37,444 nucleotides of DNA from an uncultured Methanosarcinales archaeon (lineage in GTDB: Archaea; Nanobdellota; Nanobdellia; Woesearchaeales; CAZOXR01): contig CAZMIO010000004.1 of NCBI GenBank assembly GCA_964566535.1, forward strand, positions 62,001 to 99,444, given 5' to 3'. This document shows positions 26,686 through 35,624 of the stretch, piece by piece. The notes below the pieces were generated by a model. The model was given only the letters and a program-made list of their open reading frames with translations. It did no database searches and was not told where the DNA came from. The position numbers and the translations under genes are program-made. Within the stretch, counting starts at the first letter, position 1. Each line of letters begins with the position of its first letter.

Positions 26686-27250
26686 ATGCAAATGCTGCAA
26701 ATAGACTTCTAAAGAAATTAAATCCATCAAACCCAGGTATAGGTATTAGGTTAAAGACAAACAAGAACATATTTATTTTTGCCATTGGTTCTAAGATTTT
26801 ATAGTATTTTTTATCCACTAACCCTTTTTTTACAATAATACCTATTGTAACCCAAATTAGTAGGTTTGTTAGAGGTCCTGCGATTGATACTGCTGCTGAT
26901 TGTAGTGCAGGAAGTGGTGTATGGGCTACAAACCCCCCTACAAAGAATAAAACTGGGAATCTAATTAGTTTTAATAGGATTATTATGAAATACATGTTGT
27001 AAGGTGCGTGAATTGTTGCTGATGCACCAAAACTTAACGCCACTAATTTATGGGCAAGTTCGTGGAAGATAACTGCTGGTGCTGCAACCATTGCAGCAAA
27101 CTTAATATTTTCCCACATTCCTGATTTCTGGTAGTGCTTTAAGGGGTCATAGCCTTCTAATGGCTCTCTTCTAAACATGTCTGAGAATATGAAACCTATT
27201 GCAAATGTGATAAAAGCTATGTCAAATATTTCGTTTAATGAGATTACCAT
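26684..27250 (-). CDS. Site-2 protease family (M50) intramembrane zinc metalloprotease
   Basis: FHELAH (HExxH), AGPLTN and FNLIPIPGFDG in hydrophobic context. Confidence 0.9.
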   Translation of the reverse strand: MVISLNEIFDIAFITFAIGFIFSDMFRREPLEGYDPLKHYQKSGMWENIKFAAMVAAPAVIFHELAHKLVALSFGASATIHAPYNMYFIIILLKLIRFPVLFFVGGFVAHTPLPALQSAAVSIAGPLTNLLIWVTIGIIVKKGLVDKKYYKILEPMAKINMFLFVFNLIPIPGFDGFNFFRSLFAAFA

Positions 27251-27334
27251 TACTTTTATTGGTGTTTAGTTGTTTATATAGTTTATTGCTTTAGATAATA
27301 AATTTTTTATATTGGATGATCGTTCTTTCTCTTT

Positions 27335-27691
27335 ATGGCTAACTTAATTGCTTGTTTATCTGAAGGAAAAGGAACATGGGAGCACGTTAAGCGAGTAGTA
27401 GAAGGACAAGAATGGGACAGTGTCTATCTAGTCACTAATGAGTTTGGCAGGGATAATTTTAAATCTTCTAAGAAAGTTGAGTTTGTTTTAGTTGATGGCA
27501 ATAAGTTCTTACCAGAACTAATTGAAGAGATTAGAAGCAAGTTAAATGGTAAGATTGCTGATACCGAGGTTGCACTAAATCTAATTTCTGGTACTGGTAA
27601 GGAGCACATGGCTGTTATGTCTGCTGTTTTGAAGTTAGGGTTTGGTGTTAGGTTAGTTGCTTTGACTAAAACAGGAGTAAGAGAAGTTTAG
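27335..27691 (+). CDS. Stand-alone CARF-like (Rossmann fold) protein
   Basis: beta1 LIACLSEGKGT, DSVYLV strand, VALNLISGTGKEHMAV resembling CARF motif II (D/N-h-T/S-x-G-x-K); no effector domain. Confidence 0.5.
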   Translation: MANLIACLSEGKGTWEHVKRVVEGQEWDSVYLVTNEFGRDNFKSSKKVEFVLVDGNKFLPELIEEIRSKLNGKIADTEVALNLISGTGKEHMAVMSAVLKLGFGVRLVALTKTGVREV

Positions 27692-28284
27692 TTTGTCTTC
27701 TCACTAACATAAATCCTATAACCAGAACCTTTCGCAGTTTCTTTAACATTTCCAAAGACTTCATTCATCTTTTTGCTTAAGTCCTTTCCACCTTTGTTAT
27801 GCCTAGCTACTAACTGTAAGAGCCCATTTCTTTCTAAGTGAGATTTGGATCCTTCAATCATCTCAAAACAAAGTTGTTTTCCTGCTGTTTGTGGGGGGTT
27901 AAGAAGAATCGTGTCAAAATTTTGGTCAATCTTTTCAAATTTGTCAGAGCATTTTGTTTCAACATTAGCTGTCTTGTTTAATTCAATACTCATTTTTGCC
28001 AGTTTTATCGCTCTCTTATTTACATCTGTCATCAACACTTTTGTTTCTGGAAAAGATTTCGCAATTGAAATTCCAACAGGACCATAACCACACCCCAAAT
28101 CTAATATTTTCCAGTTAGGTTTTATCGTTGAGTTCTCAATTAGAAGAATAGTTCCTTTGTCAACTTTTTTTAATGAAAACACTCCTGAGCCGGTGTAGAA
28201 TTCAAATTGATTATTTCGTAAATTAGCTGTTATTTTAGATAATCTTAATGGGCTTTTTTGTTCTTTAGAAAAATAATGGCTCAT
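27688..28284 (-). CDS. Class I SAM methyltransferase, RsmC/MTS (MJ0882/YbxB-like) family
   Basis: MSHYFS, GVFS..VDKGT.LL, LDLGCGYG, DVNKRA, NPP, GYRI. Start 28284 overlaps the upstream stop (ATGA). Confidence 0.88.
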   Translation of the reverse strand: MSHYFSKEQKSPLRLSKITANLRNNQFEFYTGSGVFSLKKVDKGTILLIENSTIKPNWKILDLGCGYGPVGISIAKSFPETKVLMTDVNKRAIKLAKMSIELNKTANVETKCSDKFEKIDQNFDTILLNPPQTAGKQLCFEMIEGSKSHLERNGLLQLVARHNKGGKDLSKKMNEVFGNVKETAKGSGYRIYVSEKTN

Positions 28285-28976
28285 TCCATTACTCCGTACC
28301 ATTTTAATAATAATCTATCAACTGCCCTTACCAGTTCTAGTCCTGTCCCTTGGAGAATTATACAGTTGTCATTTAATGTTATTTTTGTTTCTTCCTCTTC
28401 TTTAAAATAGGCTACTGCTACCCCCTTGTCTTTACATGTTATGATTGGCCTTGTACTACATGCTCCCGTCTCATTTTTGTCACAAGCAGCAATTGGTTTT
28501 TTCCCAAATGCTGTTATCAGGCTCTGATCAAATTCACCTATTGCTAATGCAATGTGAGTAAGGTCTGTACCTAAGGGATCAAATGTAATATAAACTTCTT
28601 CAGCCCCCATAAATGTTTCGCTCAATGTACCTTCAACTTTTAAATCTTCTAGCTCTCTTGGACCAAAGTGGAACGGTATATTATATTCTCTTGTTCCAGA
28701 AGGAGATTTTAATTGAGTATACCAAAGACCTCCAAGTTTAACAAAGCTATATGCAGTATCATATACATAACCTTCTTCAGAGTCAAGTTCTCCTCCTATG
28801 TTGAGGTTATTTAGATCTTCAATCGTCTTAACATCCGGTTTTTTGAATATATTTATTCCAACAAAAAATAAGATTAATATTATTGCAAGGAGGATGATTC
28901 CATAAATTAGTGCTCTATCAGATCCTTCTTTTTTTATAGGTTCTTCCTCTTTCTTATGTTCTTCTTTGTGTTCCAT
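28281..28976 (-). CDS. Membrane-anchored hypothetical protein (paralog 2)
   Basis: N-terminal TM helix; F.K.G.WY, PIITC, NCIILQG, DRLL..WYGVME. Confidence 0.7.
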   Translation of the reverse strand: MEHKEEHKKEEEPIKKEGSDRALIYGIILLAIILILFFVGINIFKKPDVKTIEDLNNLNIGGELDSEEGYVYDTAYSFVKLGGLWYTQLKSPSGTREYNIPFHFGPRELEDLKVEGTLSETFMGAEEVYITFDPLGTDLTHIALAIGEFDQSLITAFGKKPIAACDKNETGACSTRPIITCKDKGVAVAYFKEEEETKITLNDNCIILQGTGLELVRAVDRLLLKWYGVME

Positions 28977-28978
28977 TT

Positions 28979-29566
28979 TTACTCTAGGATATCAAATATC
29001 GCATATAATAGTTTATCTTTAATCTTTAATGCATCAATTCCACTTTTTATTTCAACTGTTAAACAATTATTATTCAATGTAAACTGAGTTAAATTTGATT
29101 CTTTGAAATAGATAACTGGGACGAAGTCAGTAGCATCGTTGCAAGTGAGAACAGGAGCATTAAAACTATTGTTGCCTGTAAATCCAACTCTAACATGAGA
29201 ATTTGTATTTGAAAGTTCATTGGCAAAATAATATTGTGCAAGTGCTATTTCTTGAGTCAAATTGCCATTTGAATCTGAAGTTATATCAACTTCCATTGTA
29301 TTTTTTAGCTTATTAGCCGCTTCTTTGCTTAGTTTGATGTTTTCAAGTTCAGGTGGCAGGAAATTGAAATAAGTTTTTTTATTATTTAGATTGGCAGTCC
29401 ACCACTCATTGGCTCTGGTGAATTTTATCTTGTTGTGCGTAAATGTTTCTTGGTTTGAGTTAAAACCATAGAAAATAACCCCAAACATACTTCCCACCAT
29501 TACAATGACAATAAATGCCCCTAACATCAATTGTTTGCTCTTATTATCATTTCTTCTTCGTCTCAT
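28979..29566 (-). CDS. Membrane-anchored hypothetical protein (paralog 1)
   Basis: Basic N-terminus plus TM helix; PVLTC, PVIYFKE, NCLTV, DKLLYAIFDILE; TATA at 29596-29589. Confidence 0.7.
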   Translation of the reverse strand: MRRRRNDNKSKQLMLGAFIVIVMVGSMFGVIFYGFNSNQETFTHNKIKFTRANEWWTANLNNKKTYFNFLPPELENIKLSKEAANKLKNTMEVDITSDSNGNLTQEIALAQYYFANELSNTNSHVRVGFTGNNSFNAPVLTCNDATDFVPVIYFKESNLTQFTLNNNCLTVEIKSGIDALKIKDKLLYAIFDILE

Positions 29567-29632
29567 AATCCTGAGTTAATAGGCAAGATATATAAAGTTT
29601 TCTTAATGTGTTAAATCATTCAAACCAATAGA

Positions 29633-29704
29633 TTTATATATGGGTAATTTGACATGTATTTCTTAACTTAAAATAAGTTAGATTATATGTAATATTATAT
29701 GTAA
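29633..29704 (+). promoter_or_regulatory. TATA box plus candidate operator (inverted and direct repeats) of the AbrB-ABC operon
   Basis: TTTATATA 29633-29640; taactta-aaa-taagtta 29664-29680; attatatgtaa twice, at 29682-29692 and 29694-29704. Confidence 0.55.
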
Positions 29705-29705
29705 A

Positions 29706-29855
29706 ATGACAAATACCTCAATTTTGCAATATCCAAACAAAAGACAGTTTATTGTCACCCTTCCTAAAGGTCTTGTTCTTGCAAAGGGATGGAAACCAGG
29801 AGATAAATTAGAGTTCGTAATAGATAATAAAGGGGATATCATTATCAAAAAATGA
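29706..29855 (+). CDS. AbrB/MazE/SpoVT-family DNA-binding protein (49 aa, not in ORF track)
   Basis: MTNTSILQYPNKRQFIVTLPKGLVLAKGWKPGDKLEFVIDNKGDIIIKK; its stop overlaps the next ATG (ATGA). Confidence 0.85.
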   Translation: MTNTSILQYPNKRQFIVTLPKGLVLAKGWKPGDKLEFVIDNKGDIIIKK

Positions 29856-30535
29856 CTAAAAAAGAAGAAGTAATCAAATTAGAAAATGTGTGGAAGATTT
29901 ATCAGATGGGCGAAGTTAAAGTTAATGCTCTTAGGGGACTTGATTTAACCATAAATAAGGGGGAGTTTGTAGCAATAATGGGGCCTTCAGGTAGCGGTAA
30001 GTCAACATGCGTAAATATGGTTGGGTGTTTGGATGTTCCTACTAAGGGAAAGATTTTCTTGGAGGGAAGAGATATTGCAAAGCTTTCTGAATCTGATTTG
30101 GCTCAAATAAGGGGAAAAAAGATAGGGTTCATATTTCAGCAATTTAATTTAATTCCAACGTTGTCTGCTTTAGAGAATGTAGCTCTGCCAATGGTTTTTC
30201 AAGGAGTTCCTAGGGAAGATAGAAAAATTAGGGCTAAGGAATTGCTTGAATTGGTCGATTTAACTGAAAGGATAAATCATAGGCCCACTGAACTATCTGG
30301 TGGGCAGCAACAGAGAGTTGCAATAGCCAGATCATTAGCTAACCTTCCAGAAGTAGTTCTGGCTGATGAACCAACTGGAAATTTAGATTCAAAAACAGGA
30401 AAAAATGTTATTGACTTTTTAAGGGAGATGCATAAGAATGAAGGAAAAACAATTGTAATGGTAACTCATGATAAGAATGTGGCTAATCATGCTCAACGTG
30501 TAGAGTTTTTAAAAGATGGGAGGATTGTTGGTTGA
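29852..30535 (+). CDS. ABC transporter ATP-binding protein (LolD/MacB/SalX family)
   Basis: GPSGSGKST, IGFIFQQFNL, LSGGQQQRVAIAR, LADEPTGNLD, VTHD. Confidence 0.95.
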   Translation: MTKKEEVIKLENVWKIYQMGEVKVNALRGLDLTINKGEFVAIMGPSGSGKSTCVNMVGCLDVPTKGKIFLEGRDIAKLSESDLAQIRGKKIGFIFQQFNLIPTLSALENVALPMVFQGVPREDRKIRAKELLELVDLTERINHRPTELSGGQQQRVAIARSLANLPEVVLADEPTGNLDSKTGKNVIDFLREMHKNEGKTIVMVTHDKNVANHAQRVEFLKDGRIVG

Positions 30536-30566
30536 ATTAATTTAACAATTTAGAGGTGCATAAAAA

Positions 30567-31805
30567 ATGAAGAAAAGAAACATAGGTGTATTATTGGTTG
30601 TTTTGGCGTTTTTATTAAGCGCGGTATCTGTAACTGCTGTTAATTTGCCTGCTGAGTGGGCTAAGATAGAGGTAACTCTAGTAAACCAAGAGCCTGACCC
30701 TGTTGAACCAGGTAGTTTTGTAGATGTACGATTCAAGTTTGAGAATAGGGGGTCCGATAATGCAGAAGATGTTGTAGTTGAGTTATTACCCGAAACTCCG
30801 TTTTCAATATACACTGGTTCTGCTATTGAGAAAATAGGCTCTGTTCATGGCAGGCAGATAGGGGATATAGGACGGATAGTCAAGTATAGATTGAGAGTTG
30901 ATAAAGATGCCGTTGAAGGAGAGAACAAACTTAAGTTAAGATATAAAATAAATAATGGTGAATGGATCGAGTTGAGTCCTTTCTTAATTGATGTGAGGAC
31001 ACCTGATGCAATATTATCTGTTGAATCTGAAACTGTTGGTGGGAGTATAAAGTCTGGACAGCCATCTACATTTATAGTTAAGGTTCATAATATGGCAGAT
31101 TCTTTACTTAAAACTCTTAAATTCAAATTGGATTTATCTGGGATTCCAGTTACGACCATTGATTCAACAAATGAGAAGACATTGATCCAATTGGCTGCAG
31201 GAAAAGAAGGAGAGGTTGAATTTAATTTGATTGCGGAGCCTAATGCGGTTTCAAGTATCTATAAGGTCCCTTTGAGGATAGATTACAGTGATAAGTTGGG
31301 GAATAATTTTCAAAGGAATAATACTGTCGGTCTGATTGTAGGGGATGTTCCAGACCTTTCAGTTGTGCTTGATAGTTCGACCATCTATACTGCAGGAAAA
31401 GTGGGTGAGATAGGGATTAAGTTTACTAACAAAGGAGTAACAGATCTTAAATTTCTTAATATTAAGTTAAAAGAGACCGACGCATTTAGGCTCATCACTG
31501 TCGGTGAGATATATGTGGGCAATATTGATTCAGATGATTATGAGACAGCAGAGTTTAAGATGTTTGTAAGTCCAACAAAGAAGAAAGAAATTACGTTGCC
31601 ATTGTCTATTGAATATAAAGATGCTAATAATAATGACTTTAAGGAAGACATTAATTTGAAGCTGAAGGTTTATTCTTCTTCAGAGGCCAAGAAGTTTGGA
31701 CTAATTAAAGGGAGTAACTTTACAGGTATATTCATTGTCCTTTTGATTGTTGGTGGAGGACTATGGTTTTATAGAAGATGGAGAAAAAGAAGACATAAGA
31801 AATGA
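30567..31805 (+). CDS. COG1361 S-layer-domain family protein
   Basis: Signal peptide, QEPDPVEPG, three Ig-like repeats, YVGNIDSDDYETAEF, C-terminal TM and basic tail. Confidence 0.8.
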   Translation: MKKRNIGVLLVVLAFLLSAVSVTAVNLPAEWAKIEVTLVNQEPDPVEPGSFVDVRFKFENRGSDNAEDVVVELLPETPFSIYTGSAIEKIGSVHGRQIGDIGRIVKYRLRVDKDAVEGENKLKLRYKINNGEWIELSPFLIDVRTPDAILSVESETVGGSIKSGQPSTFIVKVHNMADSLLKTLKFKLDLSGIPVTTIDSTNEKTLIQLAAGKEGEVEFNLIAEPNAVSSIYKVPLRIDYSDKLGNNFQRNNTVGLIVGDVPDLSVVLDSSTIYTAGKVGEIGIKFTNKGVTDLKFLNIKLKETDAFRLITVGEIYVGNIDSDDYETAEFKMFVSPTKKKEITLPLSIEYKDANNNDFKEDINLKLKVYSSSEAKKFGLIKGSNFTGIFIVLLIVGGGLWFYRRWRKRRHKK

Positions 31806-33025
31806 TTAAAGACTATTTTATAGTTTCCTTTAATAATCTGAGATCTAGAAGGTTAAGAAGCTGGCTGACTATGCTAGGGATTTTTATTGGCATAGCAGCA
31901 GTTGTTTCTTTGATTGGGCTTGGTCAGGGACTAAGAGTTGCAATAATGTCACAGTTTGGTTTCTTGGGTACTGATACTTTGAGTGTTCAAGCTTCTGGTG
32001 GGTTTGCAGGACCCCCAGGCTCATCTGTTGTTGATCCACTGTCTGATGACCTAGCTGATAAAATTTCTAGGATAAATGGTGTAGAGGTTGCTTTTAATAG
32101 GTATATCACGTCTGGGACCTTAGAATTTAATGATCGGCAAGGGATTGGCTTGGCTGGATCTTATCCCGATGGGGATAATAGGAAGGTCTTTGAGAAGATA
32201 CTTAATTTAAAGAGTGAACAGGGGAGGTTGTTGAAGGACGGTGATGGAAAAAAAGCAGTGTTAGGAAATAGCTTTACGGAAGAGGGCAATTTTGGAAGAG
32301 GGATTAAGACAGGAGATAGGATTTTATTAAATGATGTGGAGTTTAATGTTGTTGGAATTTTGGAGAAGAAAGGTAGTTTTCTTCTTGACTCTTTCGTTTT
32401 GGTTAATGAAGATGTGATGATTGATAATCTGGATGTTGATAGGGAAGAAGTAAATGTTATTGCGATTAAAGTTAAGGACCCTAAACTGATACCTCAGATC
32501 AAGGAAAATATTGAGAAGCTTTTAAGGAAAGAAAGAGGTGTTGATAAGGGAGAAGAAAACTTTGTAGTGCAGAGTCCTCAGGCTATCCTTGAACAATTAG
32601 ATTCTACTTTGTTTGCAGTACAGTTATTTATTTACATTATTGCAGGAGTTTCTTTGGCAGTTGGGGGAATTGGAATAATGAATACTATGTTTACTTCAGT
32701 TCTCGAAAGGAGGAAAGAAATTGGAATAATGAAATCAATAGGGGCAAGAAACTCGGCAATATTTCAATTATTTTTTATGGAGTCTGGCTTGCTTGGGGCG
32801 GTTGGTGGAGTGATTGGAATAATTCTTGGTATGACTATGGCTCATGGGGCAGCTTTTTTAGGACAGATTGCTTTGGGTTCTGATCTGATTAGGGCAGAAA
32901 TAAGCATATTCTTAATTTTGGGAGCACTTATGTTTTCATTTATATTGGGAACTTTTTTCGGAGTATTACCAGCTTATCAGGCATCAAAATTACAACCAGT
33001 TGAATCATTACGGAGTGTAACATGA
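31802..33025 (+). CDS. ABC transporter permease (MacB/FtsX family)
   Basis: RSWLTMLGIFIGIAAVV, VGGIGIMNTM..VLER.KEIGIMK.IGA, PAYQASKL.PVESLR. Confidence 0.94.
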   Translation: MIKDYFIVSFNNLRSRRLRSWLTMLGIFIGIAAVVSLIGLGQGLRVAIMSQFGFLGTDTLSVQASGGFAGPPGSSVVDPLSDDLADKISRINGVEVAFNRYITSGTLEFNDRQGIGLAGSYPDGDNRKVFEKILNLKSEQGRLLKDGDGKKAVLGNSFTEEGNFGRGIKTGDRILLNDVEFNVVGILEKKGSFLLDSFVLVNEDVMIDNLDVDREEVNVIAIKVKDPKLIPQIKENIEKLLRKERGVDKGEENFVVQSPQAILEQLDSTLFAVQLFIYIIAGVSLAVGGIGIMNTMFTSVLERRKEIGIMKSIGARNSAIFQLFFMESGLLGAVGGVIGIILGMTMAHGAAFLGQIALGSDLIRAEISIFLILGALMFSFILGTFFGVLPAYQASKLQPVESLRSVT

Positions 33026-34233
33026 ATATAGATGAGATAAAATATTCACTGCAAAATGTTTGGAATAGGAAGCTTCGGAGTTCGCTTACTATCCTTTCTA
33101 TACTGATTGGTATTGCATCTATATTTGCACTGGTTAGTTTTGGAGAGGGGATTAGGGAATATGTTAACACTATTGCTGATGAGGCTGGGAGGGATAAGTT
33201 GTTTATTCAGGCAAAAGGAATTGGGGCCCCAGGTACTGATGCAAATTTTTTCATTACTGATGAAGACGTTAGTTTTGTAACCAAAGTAAAAGGGGTCGAG
33301 GAGATAGTGCCCATGTATCTTAGGATGGGAGAGATAAAATTTGATGATGTTAGAAGATATAATTATCTGGCCGGTTATGATCCTACAAACCAGGAGTTTG
33401 TTGAGGAAGTATTTACTGCTGGAGTTGGTAGGGGCAGAGCTTTGAAAAAGGGTGAGTTGAATAAGGCAATGTTAGGTCATAATTATCAGTTAGCTGATAA
33501 GATATTTAGTAAGCCCATAAAACTCGGTGATAAGGTTGAGTTGAATGGGGATTCTTTTGAGGTTGTTGGATTCTATGAAGAGATTGGCAATCCTGGTGAT
33601 GATGCAAATATCTATATTACTGAAGATGCTATGGAGATTTTGTATGATGATATTGATGGTAAATGGGGTTATGTTATGCTTAGTGCTGCTAAAGGTGTGA
33701 ATCCAGGAGACCTTGCTGAGAAGATAGAAGAAAAACTTAGGAAATTTAAAGATCAGGATGAAGGTAAAGAGGATTTTTTTGTACAGACTTTTGAGGACGC
33801 CTTAGAAACTTTTAGTACGATTTTAGTTGTATTAAACGGAGTTTTGATTTTAATTGCTTTGATATCTTTGGTTGTTGCTTCTGTCAACATTATGAATGCA
33901 ATGTATACTGCAGTTCTGGAAAGGACTAATGAGATTGGGCTCATGAAGGCTGTTGGTGCTAGGAATGAAAAGATACTTGCTATATTTGTTTTTGAGTCCG
34001 GATTTTTGGGGTTGGTTGGTGGTGGACTTGGAGTGGCGGTTGGTTGGATGATATCCAGTGCTGGTGGAGCTGCTGCAGCTGCAGGAGGATTTTCATCTTT
34101 ACAACCAACATTTCCTTTGTGGTTGATAATTGGTAGTCTGTTGTTCTCATTTTTAATTGGAGCAGGTTCTGGATTCTTGCCTGCCTGGAGAGCTTCTAGG
34201 TTGAGGCCGGTCGAAGCTTTAAGGTATGAGTGA
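33022..34233 (+). CDS. ABC transporter permease (MacB/FtsX family), second paralog
   Basis: RSSLTILSILIGI, IMNAMYTAVLERTNEIGLMKAVGA, PAWRASRLRPVEALRYE. Confidence 0.94.
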   Translation: MNIDEIKYSLQNVWNRKLRSSLTILSILIGIASIFALVSFGEGIREYVNTIADEAGRDKLFIQAKGIGAPGTDANFFITDEDVSFVTKVKGVEEIVPMYLRMGEIKFDDVRRYNYLAGYDPTNQEFVEEVFTAGVGRGRALKKGELNKAMLGHNYQLADKIFSKPIKLGDKVELNGDSFEVVGFYEEIGNPGDDANIYITEDAMEILYDDIDGKWGYVMLSAAKGVNPGDLAEKIEEKLRKFKDQDEGKEDFFVQTFEDALETFSTILVVLNGVLILIALISLVVASVNIMNAMYTAVLERTNEIGLMKAVGARNEKILAIFVFESGFLGLVGGGLGVAVGWMISSAGGAAAAAGGFSSLQPTFPLWLIIGSLLFSFLIGAGSGFLPAWRASRLRPVEALRYE

Positions 34234-34249
34234 AATGAATACCTTAAAG
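34217..34249. other. 11-bp perfect hairpin straddling the permease stop codon
   Basis: ctttaaggtat-[gagtgaaatga]-ataccttaaag. Confidence 0.5.
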
Positions 34250-34286
34250 TCAAGGAATAAAATGACAGACATTGCGTTATGAATAA

Positions 34287-35180
34287 TTAAGAATTCATCT
34301 TTTTCAAATATTTTTTCAATGATGGATTAGTTGTTTTTATATTTACTTTGCCAGAGAGTTTGCTGATTAGTTCTTTATTTGCTTTTTTACATTCTTCTTC
34401 AATTGTTTTTGCATAGTCTGAGTTGAAGAGTCTAATTGAAGGGAATTTTGTTATTGCATTAGCTCCAGCTTTGATTAATTTATTTATCTCTGTTAGATGC
34501 GAGAGCCATGAACCAGCTATAATTTCTAATTGAGGGAATTCCTCCCTTATTTCCTTGATCCACTTTGTGTAATAAACAGTAGATGGACCTTCAGACTTTT
34601 CAAAAATGGTATTCTTTTGAGGTTTTAATCTGTAGATTGTTAATCTGTCTACACTATACTTTTTTATGAATTTGTTTAGCAAAGGAATATCTTTTTCTGT
34701 TTCTCCCAACCCGAGAACAAGAGTTATTGCTTTTTTTAAATTTAATTTATCACAGAGTTGAAACATCTCTTCAATTTCTTTTAATGGTTTAGAAGGACAG
34801 AGTTTATCCCTAAGTTTGGGAGTTATACATTCTACCGTCCCGCAGACTCCTTCAATGTATGGTTTGAAAAGTTTAAGCTGTTTTTCTGTTAGTATCCCCA
34901 AGTTTAACCATTGTTTCTGTTTTGTTATTTTGGATATTGTTTTGATTATATCTAAGAGCTCATCATCTGTGTAAGTATCACATCCTCCACTAATAAATTC
35001 AACTTTCCAGTTACAAGCTTTGCATATTTCTGCTTCTGCAAAGATTGAATCTTTTGATCGTCTATCTTTTAGAGGGTCTTGTTCTACATCAGGCTTTGAG
35101 GACAAGTAGCAGAAAGCACAATCCCTTTTACTGCAATACCAACTGATGAATATCGCTCTTTCGAAATATATTGGTTTCAT
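34287..35180 (-). CDS. Radical SAM protein, biotin synthase-related, CX4CX2C motif
   Basis: WYCSKRDCAFCY, FISGG, LNLG, CPSKP, LGLGET, P.KNT.F. Confidence 0.85.
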   Translation of the reverse strand: MKPIYFERAIFISWYCSKRDCAFCYLSSKPDVEQDPLKDRRSKDSIFAEAEICKACNWKVEFISGGCDTYTDDELLDIIKTISKITKQKQWLNLGILTEKQLKLFKPYIEGVCGTVECITPKLRDKLCPSKPLKEIEEMFQLCDKLNLKKAITLVLGLGETEKDIPLLNKFIKKYSVDRLTIYRLKPQKNTIFEKSEGPSTVYYTKWIKEIREEFPQLEIIAGSWLSHLTEINKLIKAGANAITKFPSIRLFNSDYAKTIEEECKKANKELISKLSGKVNIKTTNPSLKKYLKKMNS

Positions 35181-35269
35181 GTTTAAAATGAGAAGTTTTG
35201 ATGTTTATATAGGTTTTTGAATTTGGAATGGTAAGATTTATATATTATTGTTTTCTAAAGTTAATTAAG

Positions 35270-35533
35270 ATGAGAGCTAGTCTTGGAAATCTAAGGAAGT
35301 TTACTGATAGATATGAAATGTATAAAGAGCTTGTTACTAAAACTAATGAAGAAATAGCTGGGTTTGATGTAGAAATCTCAGGGGCGAGGCTTGATAAGAA
35401 ACATCGTGACAAATTTAGGGGGAAAAAGGCACGGGCGGAATATCGTTTAGGGAAATACACAAAGAAACGAGATGATTCAAAAGAAGTTAGGGATGCAATC
35501 AAGGCAGAGTTAAGGGCCAAACAGCAAAGTTAA
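35270..35533 (+). CDS. Hypothetical basic helical protein
   Basis: TATA at 35237-35244 places the start at ATG 35270, not 35228; charged and coiled-coil-like. Confidence 0.5.
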   Translation: MRASLGNLRKFTDRYEMYKELVTKTNEEIAGFDVEISGARLDKKHRDKFRGKKARAEYRLGKYTKKRDDSKEVRDAIKAELRAKQQS

Positions 35534-35624
35534 AATCCTATCGTTGTTAGAACTCTATTCTTAATGGCAATATTTTTATAAAAGTTAATGTTCTATAAGT
35601 TTTAAAACTTTTTGGAGGGGTAAA

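Noticed and set aside
29706..30535. Toxin-antitoxin pair involving the AbrB/MazE-like gene
   Set aside because: The downstream gene is an ABC ATPase, not a PIN/MazF/RelE toxin.
34235..34282. Second C/D sRNA with guides resembling 23S helix 69-71
   Set aside because: No terminal stem or own promoter, poor D' box, and the first guide is explained as one arm of the 34217-34249 hairpin.
34287..35180. Calling the radical SAM gene bioB
   Set aside because: Altered Cys spacing, no recognisable BioB auxiliary-cluster ligand pattern and no biotin genes nearby.
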